From positions 4,660 to 68,659 of IMG/VR virus record IMGVR_UViG_2862963355_000001: a stretch of 64,000 nucleotides of DNA; one strand, 5' to 3'. The translations under genes were made by a program, and so were the position numbers. Positions 9,026 to 17,442 of this stretch are shown piece by piece (position 1 is the stretch's first letter; every line of letters begins with the position of its first letter). Below the pieces are notes generated by a model. That model saw only the letters and a program-made list of their open reading frames with translations, ran no database searches and was not told where the DNA came from. The DNA is from a virus (taxonomy: Duplodnaviria > Caudoviricetes).

Positions 9026-10117
9026 TCACTGCTCGGCGTCCGCGTCCTGCTCGGCGGCCTTCCGCTTGGCGGCGGCGCGGAGCTTGTCGGCGTCGGTCAG
9101 TGGGCCCTCGCCCATCTCCGAGCGCGGGTTGTCCAGTTCGGCCGCCCTTTGCTCAGCGGCGGCCCGGACAGTGGCGATCTCCTCCCGGCTGAGGCGGTTG
9201 GCCGGGTCCGGGACGGAGCGCCACAGCGCGCCGAGAGCTTCCTTGTCCTTCAGCTCGGCGATGCGGGTAAGCCACGGCTGTACCAGGTCGCCGGCGAGCG
9301 CGGGCATGATGCGCGGCTGGGATTCGACGGAGCAGCCGAGCTTGTTGAAGACCAGGTCCTCGATGCTGAAGTCCCGCAGGGTCAGCGGCTTCTTCTGCTC
9401 CACGCGCATCCGCAGCGACCGGACCTTGATGATCTGCGGGTCAGCGTTGCGCTTCATCCGCACCCAGCAGGTCGAGTCGAAGCCCAGGTCCTTCTGGGCC
9501 GCCACCTTCCACTCGCTCTTGTTCTGGATCGGCTGACCGTTGTCGTCCGTCGCGCTGACCTGCTTACCGCGGGCCAGGACAATGGAGATGCCGGGCAGGG
9601 TGCGTAGCAGGTAGATGATCCTGTTCCACCGCTCCAGGGCGTCGTTCCACAAGTTCCGGCCGATGTCGTAGGCGGCGTCCGGGTCCTCCTGGAGCAGCGC
9701 GCGGTTCTTCCGCGTGCGGCGGCCCCGCTCGTACGTCCAGTTGGTCAGCATCCGCCAGAAGGCCGAGCCGGAGTCGATGGCCAGAACGACCGGAGGTTCC
9801 CCGGCTGCCGCAGCGCGCCGGGCTTCGGCGTGCACGGCCTCGACCTGTTCGAGGATGTCCCGGTAGGTTCCGTCGTGCTCGATGATCAGATAGTTCGCGC
9901 CTTCGATGGCGGCGTATTCGTCGGCCGATCCCTCGTCGAGGTCGATCCAGTACATCTGGCCGATGCGGTCACTGCTGGAGAACTGGGCGGCCGAGTAAGT
10001 CTTGCCAGCGCCTTCCTCGCCCTCGATGAGGAGAAGGGGCCACGGGACGATACCGGTCGGCTTGCGGGTCTTGAGCTTGATGGCAGGCGGCTTTGCGGCG
10101 CCCGCTGGTGCGTTCAC
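9026..10117 (-). CDS. AAA-family ATPase, probable Sak4-like single-strand annealing protein
   Basis: Walker A GEEGAGKT, Walker B LAIDS; adjacent to the exonuclease. Confidence 0.75.
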   Translation of the reverse strand: MNAPAGAAKPPAIKLKTRKPTGIVPWPLLLIEGEEGAGKTYSAAQFSSSDRIGQMYWIDLDEGSADEYAAIEGANYLIIEHDGTYRDILEQVEAVHAEARRAAAAGEPPVVLAIDSGSAFWRMLTNWTYERGRRTRKNRALLQEDPDAAYDIGRNLWNDALERWNRIIYLLRTLPGISIVLARGKQVSATDDNGQPIQNKSEWKVAAQKDLGFDSTCWVRMKRNADPQIIKVRSLRMRVEQKKPLTLRDFSIEDLVFNKLGCSVESQPRIMPALAGDLVQPWLTRIAELKDKEALGALWRSVPDPANRLSREEIATVRAAAEQRAAELDNPRSEMGEGPLTDADKLRAAAKRKAAEQDADAEQ

Positions 10118-10140
10118 GATCTGGCTCCAAGAGGTCGTGG

Positions 10141-10512
10141 TCAGTCCGTGCGCAGAGCGCGGACTTCGAAGAGCGGGGACCACTCCGGGTGTTCGGCCAG
10201 CAGAAGCCGGACGTACCGGGAGCGGTAGTCGTTGTTCAGCGCGAACTCGTCGCCTCGGGTCGCCGCGCCGTACTGGTAGCGCAGGAGCTCGAAGAGCATC
10301 CCGATGCCGATGCGGCCGAACCCCTTCTCCGCGCAGTCGGCGGTCATCCGGGCCAGCGCCCTGAGAACCCAGGGGTTGAGCGCGTGGAACGCCTCGAACC
10401 GCTGCTGGATGGTCAGGTCGCCGACGTCGGCGGGGTGGCGAACGGGCTGGACGGTGCCGAACAACGGCGGCTGTTCGATCAGCAAGGCTCTCCCCTCAGA
10501 GATAGCACTCAC
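10141..10512 (-). CDS. Conserved hypothetical phage protein (true start may be TTG ~10485)
   Basis: FEAFHALNP...FELLRY...LNNDYRSRYVRLL, a phage-type small protein. Confidence 0.65.
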   Translation of the reverse strand: MSAISEGRALLIEQPPLFGTVQPVRHPADVGDLTIQQRFEAFHALNPWVLRALARMTADCAEKGFGRIGIGMLFELLRYQYGAATRGDEFALNNDYRSRYVRLLLAEHPEWSPLFEVRALRTD

Positions 10513-10620
10513 ACTCTGGAGTGTTGGAATCTATCTCCGGATAGGAGGAATGTCGATCGACAACGCCATCGACCCCCGCCGGGCGGCCCCCTGGAAACCT
10601 GCATCTCCACCCCCAAGAAG

Positions 10621-10651
10621 ATAGAAGCGCACCCCCTTGGTGCGCTTCTAT
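10621..10651. promoter_or_regulatory. Perfect 13-bp inverted repeat overlapping the -10/start region of a putative promoter
   Basis: ATAGAAGCGCACC-CCCTT-GGTGCGCTTCTAT. Confidence 0.6.
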
Positions 10652-10661
10652 TCTATATGCA
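10646..10661 (-). promoter_or_regulatory. Conserved promoter/operator motif A, copy 2
   Basis: TTGATC-N17-TAGAAT on the minus strand. Confidence 0.75.
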
Positions 10662-10701
10662 ACTAGGGGTGAGATCAAGAACAAGTCGCCCTGATCTGCG
10701 G

Positions 10702-11289
10702 TTACTTGGCGGGTTGGCGCGCGGCCTTGCCGCGCGGCACGATCTTGGCCCCGGGACCGTCGTAGGTGCCGTCGCGCAGCGCAGCCAGGACCTGTTCGTC
10801 GACCGCCCAGTCCACCCCGCGCGCTCCGGCCTGAAGCGCGGGCACGTCTTCCGCCACCGGCTCAAGGAGCCAGATCGGCGATCCAGACAGGGTGTAGTCG
10901 GCAGGACGGAAGCGGCCCGTGCCGACCGCCTTCCTCAGCAGCGCGCCGGACGGCAACCGAAACAGCGCCACCAGCTCAGCCTGGCCCACCAGCGGCGGAA
11001 GCTGGCCGACCTCCCCGACCCAGTACCCCGGGTCCTGCTCCTTGATCAGTCGCGCAAGCTCGACCTCATTGAGGTGCTTCGTGCGCGGGGTGGTCTGACC
11101 GAAGCCCTTCACGAACTGAAGAAGCCAGTAGGGCGACCCACTGATGATCTTGGCATACCGATAGTCGAGCGTGTGGTCACGGCTGATCCACTGACTGACC
11201 TGGAGCCTCTTCACGTCATACAGCGCGGCGAACTCGGCCCCGCCGGCCAGGTACGGCTTCCTCGCCGCTGGCCTCTGATCCCCTGCCAC
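10702..11289 (-). CDS. Tandem duplicated wHTH-like DNA-binding protein; candidate phage regulator
   Basis: Two similar halves: LAGGAEFAALY...SGSPYWLL and LVGQAELVALF...SGSPIWLL; flanked by copies of a repeated promoter/operator motif. Confidence 0.55.
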   Translation of the reverse strand: MAGDQRPAARKPYLAGGAEFAALYDVKRLQVSQWISRDHTLDYRYAKIISGSPYWLLQFVKGFGQTTPRTKHLNEVELARLIKEQDPGYWVGEVGQLPPLVGQAELVALFRLPSGALLRKAVGTGRFRPADYTLSGSPIWLLEPVAEDVPALQAGARGVDWAVDEQVLAALRDGTYDGPGAKIVPRGKAARQPAK

Positions 11290-11396
11290 TCCATCGCCTC
11301 CCGCTCACGGCACGTCTGCATATAGATTGTAACCAGCGTGGAAGCGGAACCCGTATCCCCCCGGAGACCCGGTAGTGTGGGTGCTTCCAAGAGGTC

Positions 11397-11426
11397 GAAG
11401 GCCCCCGTCGAGAGACGGGGGCCTTC
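11397..11426 (-). terminator. Intrinsic terminator hairpin after the lysis cassette
   Basis: GAAGGCCCCCGTC-GAGA-GACGGGGGCCTTC. Confidence 0.75.
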
Positions 11427-11467
11427 TTCCTGCTTATCGTGGGCTGCTCGGCGTCACGCCGATCTGG

Positions 11468-11722
11468 TCAGGTCCTCGGCAGGGGGAGCTGCGAGCCCTC
11501 ATACTTCGGCGGCCGGGCGTAGCCGAGCAGCCAGCCGAAGCGGGGCGACAGGTGCTCCTCGGCGAAGCGGAAGACCCCGTAGTAGACGAAGATTGCGACG
11601 GGGGTGAGGACGCCGGTGACGGCGGTCGTGTCCAGGTCGAGGCCATGCCGCAGGGCCACCGCGACGAGCCAGCCGACCGCGGCCGGCACTCCGGTGCGCA
11701 AGAGAGACGCGTACAGGTTCAT
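11468..11722 (-). CDS. Putative holin
   Basis: 84 aa, two TM segments, directly downstream of the endolysin. Confidence 0.7.
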   Translation of the reverse strand: MNLYASLLRTGVPAAVGWLVAVALRHGLDLDTTAVTGVLTPVAIFVYYGVFRFAEEHLSPRFGWLLGYARPPKYEGSQLPLPRT

Positions 11723-11752
11723 GATGGTTGGCTCCTTGATGGGGATGGAAGG

Positions 11753-12595
11753 TCAGCCGAAGAGGCGGGCCCAGGTCTGGGGGCCGGCGAAGCCGTCGGC
11801 ATCGGAACCGCTCCACCCCTGAGCTCGCTGGAAGTCGGCGACGTTCAGACGGTCGGCCTCGCCCCAGTCCCGGGAAGGGCCAACGCGGTAGTGCTTGCCG
11901 AACCCGCGGCGGACGAGCTGCTGGCCAAGCAGCAGGATCGACGCGTTCGACTTGCCTGGCCCGAAGGCGCTGCGACCAGGGAAAGGCGGCGCCGGCTTTG
12001 ATGCATGCCCCGAGCTGGGCCACTTCGGCATGGGCCCGGGGTCGTTGTGCTCGTTCTCGGGCACCTGACCATGCGCGTAGTGGCCGCCGCGGGCCTCCCA
12101 GATGCGCTCGCTGCGGTTCGCACTCCAGGTCGGGCTGCCCATCGGCCAGGCGTCGGGAACGCCCCAGCTCCGAGCCCAGGCAATGATCTTGTCGAGGCCC
12201 TTCGCCGGGGTGTCGCGAACGGCCGCGTACGACCGCCCGTTCACCCGGCAGTAGGGGAAGAACAGCGTCTCGACCTGGAGGCAGACTCGGCCCGTGCGGT
12301 TGGTCCTGGTACCGCCGGCGGAGTCAACGACCGACTTCGACCGGCTGTTGGCCGGGTAGAACTGGGCAGTCCGCCCAGTGAACGGATCCCACAACAGGTG
12401 GGGGGCGCAGCTGCTGCCCCCTCCCGTGAAGTACCGGACGAGCTGATCGAAGGGGACGAGATCAGCGGGCTTCTTCGCCGAGGCGTTCTTGTCCCAGGTG
12501 ATGTGCCAGATCACGCGGGGTGCGTACTGGGTGTCGGTCGGTGCGGTGTCTCCGAGCGGATGACGCTCGGCACCAGGCAGCCAGAGATCCGGCAT
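11753..12595 (-). CDS. Endolysin (amidase-type catalytic domain plus peptidoglycan-binding domain)
   Basis: IWHITW...PHLLWD...HGQVPENEHNDPG Zn-amidase pattern; C-terminal FQRAQGW...DGFAGPQTW PG-binding motif. Confidence 0.88.
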   Translation of the reverse strand: MPDLWLPGAERHPLGDTAPTDTQYAPRVIWHITWDKNASAKKPADLVPFDQLVRYFTGGGSSCAPHLLWDPFTGRTAQFYPANSRSKSVVDSAGGTRTNRTGRVCLQVETLFFPYCRVNGRSYAAVRDTPAKGLDKIIAWARSWGVPDAWPMGSPTWSANRSERIWEARGGHYAHGQVPENEHNDPGPMPKWPSSGHASKPAPPFPGRSAFGPGKSNASILLLGQQLVRRGFGKHYRVGPSRDWGEADRLNVADFQRAQGWSGSDADGFAGPQTWARLFG

Positions 12596-12634
12596 GAGGC
12601 GCGTCCTGCTTCTCCCCCGCGCCTTTAAGTGAAT

Positions 12635-12955
12635 TTACAGTCCGAGCAAGCTGACGGAGATGGCGACGACCACACCAACAATCACCGGCGCGACGAGAGC
12701 GGTGAGCGCCAAACGTCGTGCGCTGCGCGTCGCTTCGCGTTCCGCCTCCCAGGTTCGGCCCATGGTCGCGAGCTCGTCCTGGATGGCCTTGATCCGAAGC
12801 TCATCGGTGCGTCGATCGGCTTCGTACTGGATCTTCGTAACCATCTCGGCGAGGCGCGCGCCGAGCTCGGCGAAGTCCGAGCGCAGGTCGTCGCGCAGCT
12901 GCTGCATGGCTCGCAGCAGCTCCCACGGAGTGGGGTCCTGGTTCGGCGCGGTCAC
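12635..12955 (-). CDS. Coiled-coil protein with a C-terminal TM segment; lysis-associated or holin-like
   Basis: Helical body plus ALTALVAPVIVGVVVAISV; precedes the endolysin. Confidence 0.6.
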   Translation of the reverse strand: MTAPNQDPTPWELLRAMQQLRDDLRSDFAELGARLAEMVTKIQYEADRRTDELRIKAIQDELATMGRTWEAEREATRSARRLALTALVAPVIVGVVVAISVSLLGL

Positions 12956-12993
12956 GTGGCTCCTCCGTCAAGGGCCCCACGCCGTAGTTCAGT

Positions 12994-13218
12994 CTAGGAC
13001 GCCCTGGTAGGACCCGAGATCTGCTGGCCGTCGCTGTCGCCGAGCAGGGTCTCGATGGGTTGCCCGCACTGCCCGCACTGGCCGCGGTAGATCGGCGGCT
13101 CCGGATTCTCGTAGTAGAGCCCCGTGAAGGGGATGTTCTCCGCCGGGCATCCCGGAGTGCGGCAGATCGCGGTCAGTTCGACTGACGGCCACTCGGCGAC
13201 GTCGCTGGGGTAGGTCAT
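12994..13218 (-). CDS. Small Zn-ribbon-like protein after the tail fibre
   Basis: CRTPGC...CGQCG; start overlaps the end region of the fibre gene. Confidence 0.5.
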   Translation of the reverse strand: MTYPSDVAEWPSVELTAICRTPGCPAENIPFTGLYYENPEPPIYRGQCGQCGQPIETLLGDSDGQQISGPTRAS

Positions 13219-13223
13219 GCCGT

Positions 13224-14513
13224 TCAGCTCCCGATGATGAGGTACCACACGTTGGTGCTGACGTTGTTGGTGCGGTTCACCCACACGGTCAGTCCGCTCG
13301 CGCTGACGTTGGAGGCGCTGCATTCCGCGACGGTGCCGGGCGCGACGGAGTAGGCGGTCACGAAGGCCCGGTGGACGCTTCCGGCGACGTTCAGCCCGCT
13401 GACGGTGATGGAGGTGGGGGTGTTCGGAGTGGGCGTGATCGTCACGATGCCGGTGACGATGTTCGGGGCCTTCAGCACCCCGTCAGTGAAGGTCATCTGC
13501 CGTGTGCCGCTGTTGACGGTGATTCCGGAGCCCTTGACGATGATTGAGTGGGCTCCTCCCCCAGCCTTGCTGCCACGAGATCCGTAGAGGGTGATCGCTG
13601 AGTCGGCGTTCGGACCGCCGTTCTGCACCGTGGCGTGGGCGTAGCCGTCAGTCTGGTCCGACGGTTCGAGCTTGACCGACCCCTGGCCGTCCATGGCCGG
13701 GGACCGGAGCGTGATGTCGGCACGCGATCCGCCGACGAGGGGTGAGTCCACGGTGATCTGTGGCTGAAGCCAGCTGCCCATGTCGAGGACTCCTGATCTG
13801 ACGCGTCCTGGCGCGATCTCGGCTCTGGACCCGGAGTACATCTCCAACGCGGGCTGGCCATCAGAAGACGCCGGGTTCAGCACAAGCCGCGGCCCAGCCG
13901 TCGCCGTCTGCACCACGGCACCCGTAACCGTCTTGCCGTTCACCGCGTCCGCGTCGAGGTGTTCCGCCCGCACCGAGCCGGCCGCGATATCCCCTCCATC
14001 CGCCAGCCGGGGAGCGGCTACCGCTGCTGTCGACGCGCCGCCCGGTATCCCTGAGGTGTTGACCGCGAGGAGCCTGACCCAGACAGCGTCGTGCCCGTCT
14101 ATCCCCACCGTCGCGGATGCCCCGGATCCGGCTTCGATGGTCGCTACAGGGTTGCGGACGTCAGGTGCCGCGGTGGCGCTCGGCAGGATGTGGACCTGTA
14201 CCCGCGCCAGGTCGAGCGGCGCGAAGGCCGCGTCCGTGAAGCCCCCGTCCCAGGTGACCTTGATAGCTGACAGGCCCGCTTCGACGAGCGGTGCGCTGGG
14301 CGTGGGCGGCGGTGGGCCGTTCACCGCGGTGACGCCGGTCGTGCCGTCCGGTTGCACACCCACGATTCCCGTCAGCGCGCCGTCTCGGTCGTGGACCTCG
14401 ATCGCACCGTCCTCAATGGAGGAGTAGGCGAGCCGCGCAGTGCGGGTGGTCCGGGCGAGCTGCCGTTCGAGTGCGGCCACCCGGGCGGCAAGACGTGCTA
14501 CCTCATTGCTCAT
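13224..14513 (-). CDS. Tail fibre / receptor-binding protein
   Basis: N-terminal coiled coil (MSNEVARLAARVAALERQL), beta-rich Gly/Thr body; last gene of the tail module. Confidence 0.7.
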   Translation of the reverse strand: MSNEVARLAARVAALERQLARTTRTARLAYSSIEDGAIEVHDRDGALTGIVGVQPDGTTGVTAVNGPPPPTPSAPLVEAGLSAIKVTWDGGFTDAAFAPLDLARVQVHILPSATAAPDVRNPVATIEAGSGASATVGIDGHDAVWVRLLAVNTSGIPGGASTAAVAAPRLADGGDIAAGSVRAEHLDADAVNGKTVTGAVVQTATAGPRLVLNPASSDGQPALEMYSGSRAEIAPGRVRSGVLDMGSWLQPQITVDSPLVGGSRADITLRSPAMDGQGSVKLEPSDQTDGYAHATVQNGGPNADSAITLYGSRGSKAGGGAHSIIVKGSGITVNSGTRQMTFTDGVLKAPNIVTGIVTITPTPNTPTSITVSGLNVAGSVHRAFVTAYSVAPGTVAECSASNVSASGLTVWVNRTNNVSTNVWYLIIGS

Positions 14514-15598
14514 GCTCCGCCTCCGTAGGTGAATCGGTCTGCTCGGCGGAGTTGGATCACGGCCTGCTCGCTTTCTCCGGAGCCGGGGTGGATCTGGTAG
14601 GAGACGATTCGGGACCACATGTCGTAGTCGGCCCACTCGTCGTGCACGCGCACTCTGACGTCGTCACCGATCTGCCACGCTCCGATAGGCGCGGTCGGGT
14701 GGTCACGGACGACGATCTCGGTCACCTCGCCTGTCACCTGCCGCGCGATGCGTTCGGTGCGTGCCCTGGCGGTGAGCCGGTCCTCGCCCTTCTCGGAGGC
14801 CACCTCAAGAACGTGCTCCAGGCGCAGGCGGCCGTTTCGAACGGCGTCGATCGCTCGCCGTCGGTTGCGTCCCTCGCCGGCGCCGAGGCCGATCACCACC
14901 TGGGCGGCCTCGTCGGCGTCGTACTCCACTGAAACGGGCTTGATGATGTTGACACCGGATGTGAAGGCGAGGTCCGTACGGCGTGTGCCGAGCCGCGGCC
15001 ATCCGATTCGGATGCGGTGCTGTGGTTTCTCACCAGACCACGCCAGGGTCTCTGTCCATTCGGGCCCGCCCTCAACCTGCACCATGTCGTCAACGACATC
15101 GCCAAGCACCGGCGCCTCCCACCAGTCGACGCTGTACCGGTCGGCGGGAGTTCCGACGGTCACCTTCGACGTGGTGTCGTCCACGACGATCCCCAGGTCG
15201 CCGTCCGGCTGTTCTTGCAGATAGCGCCACACGTCCCGGATGACGTTGCAAGGGTCCTCGTTGACATATGGCCCACGCCCACCGAGGTTGCCGTGCAGGT
15301 CGTGGCGCCGGGCAGCGTAGGAGCCGGGGCCGGCGGCCTCTACCTGGAGTTGGGAGCCCTCGGGGCTGGCACGCCAGACCAATCCACCCCACATCAGACG
15401 CCCGTCACGCTCGACGTACAGCCAGGTGTCTCCGGCGTCGACCTGCTCTCGCACGAGAGTCGCAAGCCGTGGTTCGACGGAGCCGGTGAACGTTCCCGCT
15501 GCCGACAGCGAGGGGCCGAATTCAACGTCTGTCATGGGCAGATCCCAGGCCAGCACGTCGCCGGTCAAGGCGCGGGCTGTGATGTACCGGTAGGCCAT
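14510..15598 (-). CDS. Minor tail protein (baseplate hub/Tal-like)
   Basis: Position after Dit and minor tail; motifs WGG..W and IGDDVRV typical of actinophage minor tail proteins. Confidence 0.7.
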   Translation of the reverse strand: MAYRYITARALTGDVLAWDLPMTDVEFGPSLSAAGTFTGSVEPRLATLVREQVDAGDTWLYVERDGRLMWGGLVWRASPEGSQLQVEAAGPGSYAARRHDLHGNLGGRGPYVNEDPCNVIRDVWRYLQEQPDGDLGIVVDDTTSKVTVGTPADRYSVDWWEAPVLGDVVDDMVQVEGGPEWTETLAWSGEKPQHRIRIGWPRLGTRRTDLAFTSGVNIIKPVSVEYDADEAAQVVIGLGAGEGRNRRRAIDAVRNGRLRLEHVLEVASEKGEDRLTARARTERIARQVTGEVTEIVVRDHPTAPIGAWQIGDDVRVRVHDEWADYDMWSRIVSYQIHPGSGESEQAVIQLRRADRFTYGGGA

Positions 15599-16530
15599 CA
15601 GCGAAGGCCCTCACTGAACTCCACGTCCAGGATGATGGACGTGCCGGTGTCGACACTCAGGTTCCCCGTTTCCTGCTTGTACATGAACGTCTGCAGGTAG
15701 AGCTTCTGCGTCGTTCCGCGCTGGCTCGCCGAGATGCTGATGTTGTCGGCGATGACGACCGTCTGCCGCCGGACCGAGGTTCCCTGGTTGTCATCGATGA
15801 GGGTGTCCTCACCGAAGTCGCTGCCCAGGACAGTCTGCATCTTGGCCCAGATGCTGTTGTCGTACATGCGCAGCCCGGCGATCGTGACAACAACCTTCGC
15901 GGACGTGGCCCACACGGGGATCGACACCTGCCAGGAAGCGGCGGTCGGCCAGGTGTGCCACTTTCCGTCCTGGTACTTCAGCTCAGACAGCGACGATGGA
16001 AAGGAGGTGTACAGCTTGCGGTCCCTGCGCGGGTTCGCTATTCGCCTCAGGTCCGTGATCATGCTGTCGGTGATGGTGGCCGTGTTCGCCGGAATGTTGA
16101 CCCGGGCCAGCGGGATGGCCGAATAGCCTGAGGGCACCACCGTCTGTGTGGAAGACACGCCGGGCACCACTTCGTAGTGACCGATCGCGTCCTTCGCCGG
16201 GTCGAGGGTGCCCTCGTATTCGGGGTCCTCCACTCTGAGGATCAGCAGGTCGTTCCGGGCGCTGCTGCCGGTGGCTGCTATCGGGACGGTGCTGTCGCCC
16301 ACGTTGAACAGGGTGTAAGAACCCTGGGACTTTGAGGTAGCGCCGGTGATGATCGCCGCTCCGTCGCCCACCCGGACTCCAGAGCTCGGCGTGACCAGTT
16401 GCCTCACCTTCAGGTCGTCGCCCTCGATGACGCCTTCGGAGGCACGGGCGAGGTTGCGGGCCATCATGCGCATCACCCGCGCCGAATGGGTGGCGCCGTT
16501 CACCATCAGGGGCGGCTGGATGAGAGCCAT
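15598..16530 (-). CDS. Minor tail protein
   Basis: ARNDLLILRVEDPEY...IPLARV...ITDSMITDLR pattern; position in the tail module. Confidence 0.7.
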   Translation of the reverse strand: MALIQPPLMVNGATHSARVMRMMARNLARASEGVIEGDDLKVRQLVTPSSGVRVGDGAAIITGATSKSQGSYTLFNVGDSTVPIAATGSSARNDLLILRVEDPEYEGTLDPAKDAIGHYEVVPGVSSTQTVVPSGYSAIPLARVNIPANTATITDSMITDLRRIANPRRDRKLYTSFPSSLSELKYQDGKWHTWPTAASWQVSIPVWATSAKVVVTIAGLRMYDNSIWAKMQTVLGSDFGEDTLIDDNQGTSVRRQTVVIADNISISASQRGTTQKLYLQTFMYKQETGNLSVDTGTSIILDVEFSEGLR

Positions 16531-16542
16531 GTCGTGCGTCTC

Positions 16543-17442
16543 CTAAAGAGCGGTGTAGGCGTCGCGCCAGGCGACGATCAAGCGGGTGGAGTTGGTGTAG
16601 TCACTGCCGGTCCACGTGATTTCGCAGCGGCCGGCAGGCAGCCGGAACAGGTCCAGGCGTGAGGAGCGGGTGAGTGCGAACGAAGCGTTCGCACCGTCGT
16701 GGAGCACCCACCGCGTCCCAGGGCGCGTCTCGATGCGCAGCGACTCCCCAGCCTTGATCGAGTAATCGAGTGCGATCGTGCGGCCCGTCTGCTCGCAGAC
16801 GATGCGGGGGTTGCTCACCGGGCCCTGGATCTCCAGTGCCGGCCAGGCCGGTAGGTCACCGTCGTTGAACGCCCATCCGGTGCGCAGCTCGGGGTCCACG
16901 ACGCCTGTGGTGATCGGTGCGACGAGCGGAGCCTTGAAGCCCATAAGGGTCGTGGAGATCGACAGCGGGAGGGAAAGCGTCTGCTCCGGCTCGCCGTGCC
17001 AGCGCGGATCGGTCGCGGCGAACTCCAACGTCACCGGGATCCACCCGAAGTTGACCTTGCTCATGCTGGCCGTCTCCACCCTGCGCACACGCCCGTACAG
17101 GCGACGTGCGCTGTCTCGGCCCGGCCAGCGCATCCGCAGCACGGCCAAGTCTCCGGCGTCCTGGCGAATGGACGGGCTGGACGCGGCCCGATGCAGCGCG
17201 GCCAGAGCATCTGTGGCGGCGGCCGGGTCTCCAGGGGCGGTGATACCTACTTCGAGCGTCACCACGCGCGGCTGGTAGTAGTCCGCGCCCGGGAACGCGC
17301 CGTCATCGCCGGGCAGCTCAACGTCCTGGGTGCGCAGTTCGGGGGTGCCGAGCCCGCTGACCTCCGAGATCCGGTACGGCGTTCCGGGCCCCATGAGGAC
17401 GCCGGCGAAGTCCACTTGCCAGTCCTTGGCGAGGGAGTCCAT
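16543..17442 (-). CDS. Distal tail protein (Dit-like)
   Basis: Immediately after the TMP; FAATDPRW, GPVSNP and WRDAY-type motifs. Confidence 0.75.
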   Translation of the reverse strand: MDSLAKDWQVDFAGVLMGPGTPYRISEVSGLGTPELRTQDVELPGDDGAFPGADYYQPRVVTLEVGITAPGDPAAATDALAALHRAASSPSIRQDAGDLAVLRMRWPGRDSARRLYGRVRRVETASMSKVNFGWIPVTLEFAATDPRWHGEPEQTLSLPLSISTTLMGFKAPLVAPITTGVVDPELRTGWAFNDGDLPAWPALEIQGPVSNPRIVCEQTGRTIALDYSIKAGESLRIETRPGTRWVLHDGANASFALTRSSRLDLFRLPAGRCEITWTGSDYTNSTRLIVAWRDAYTAL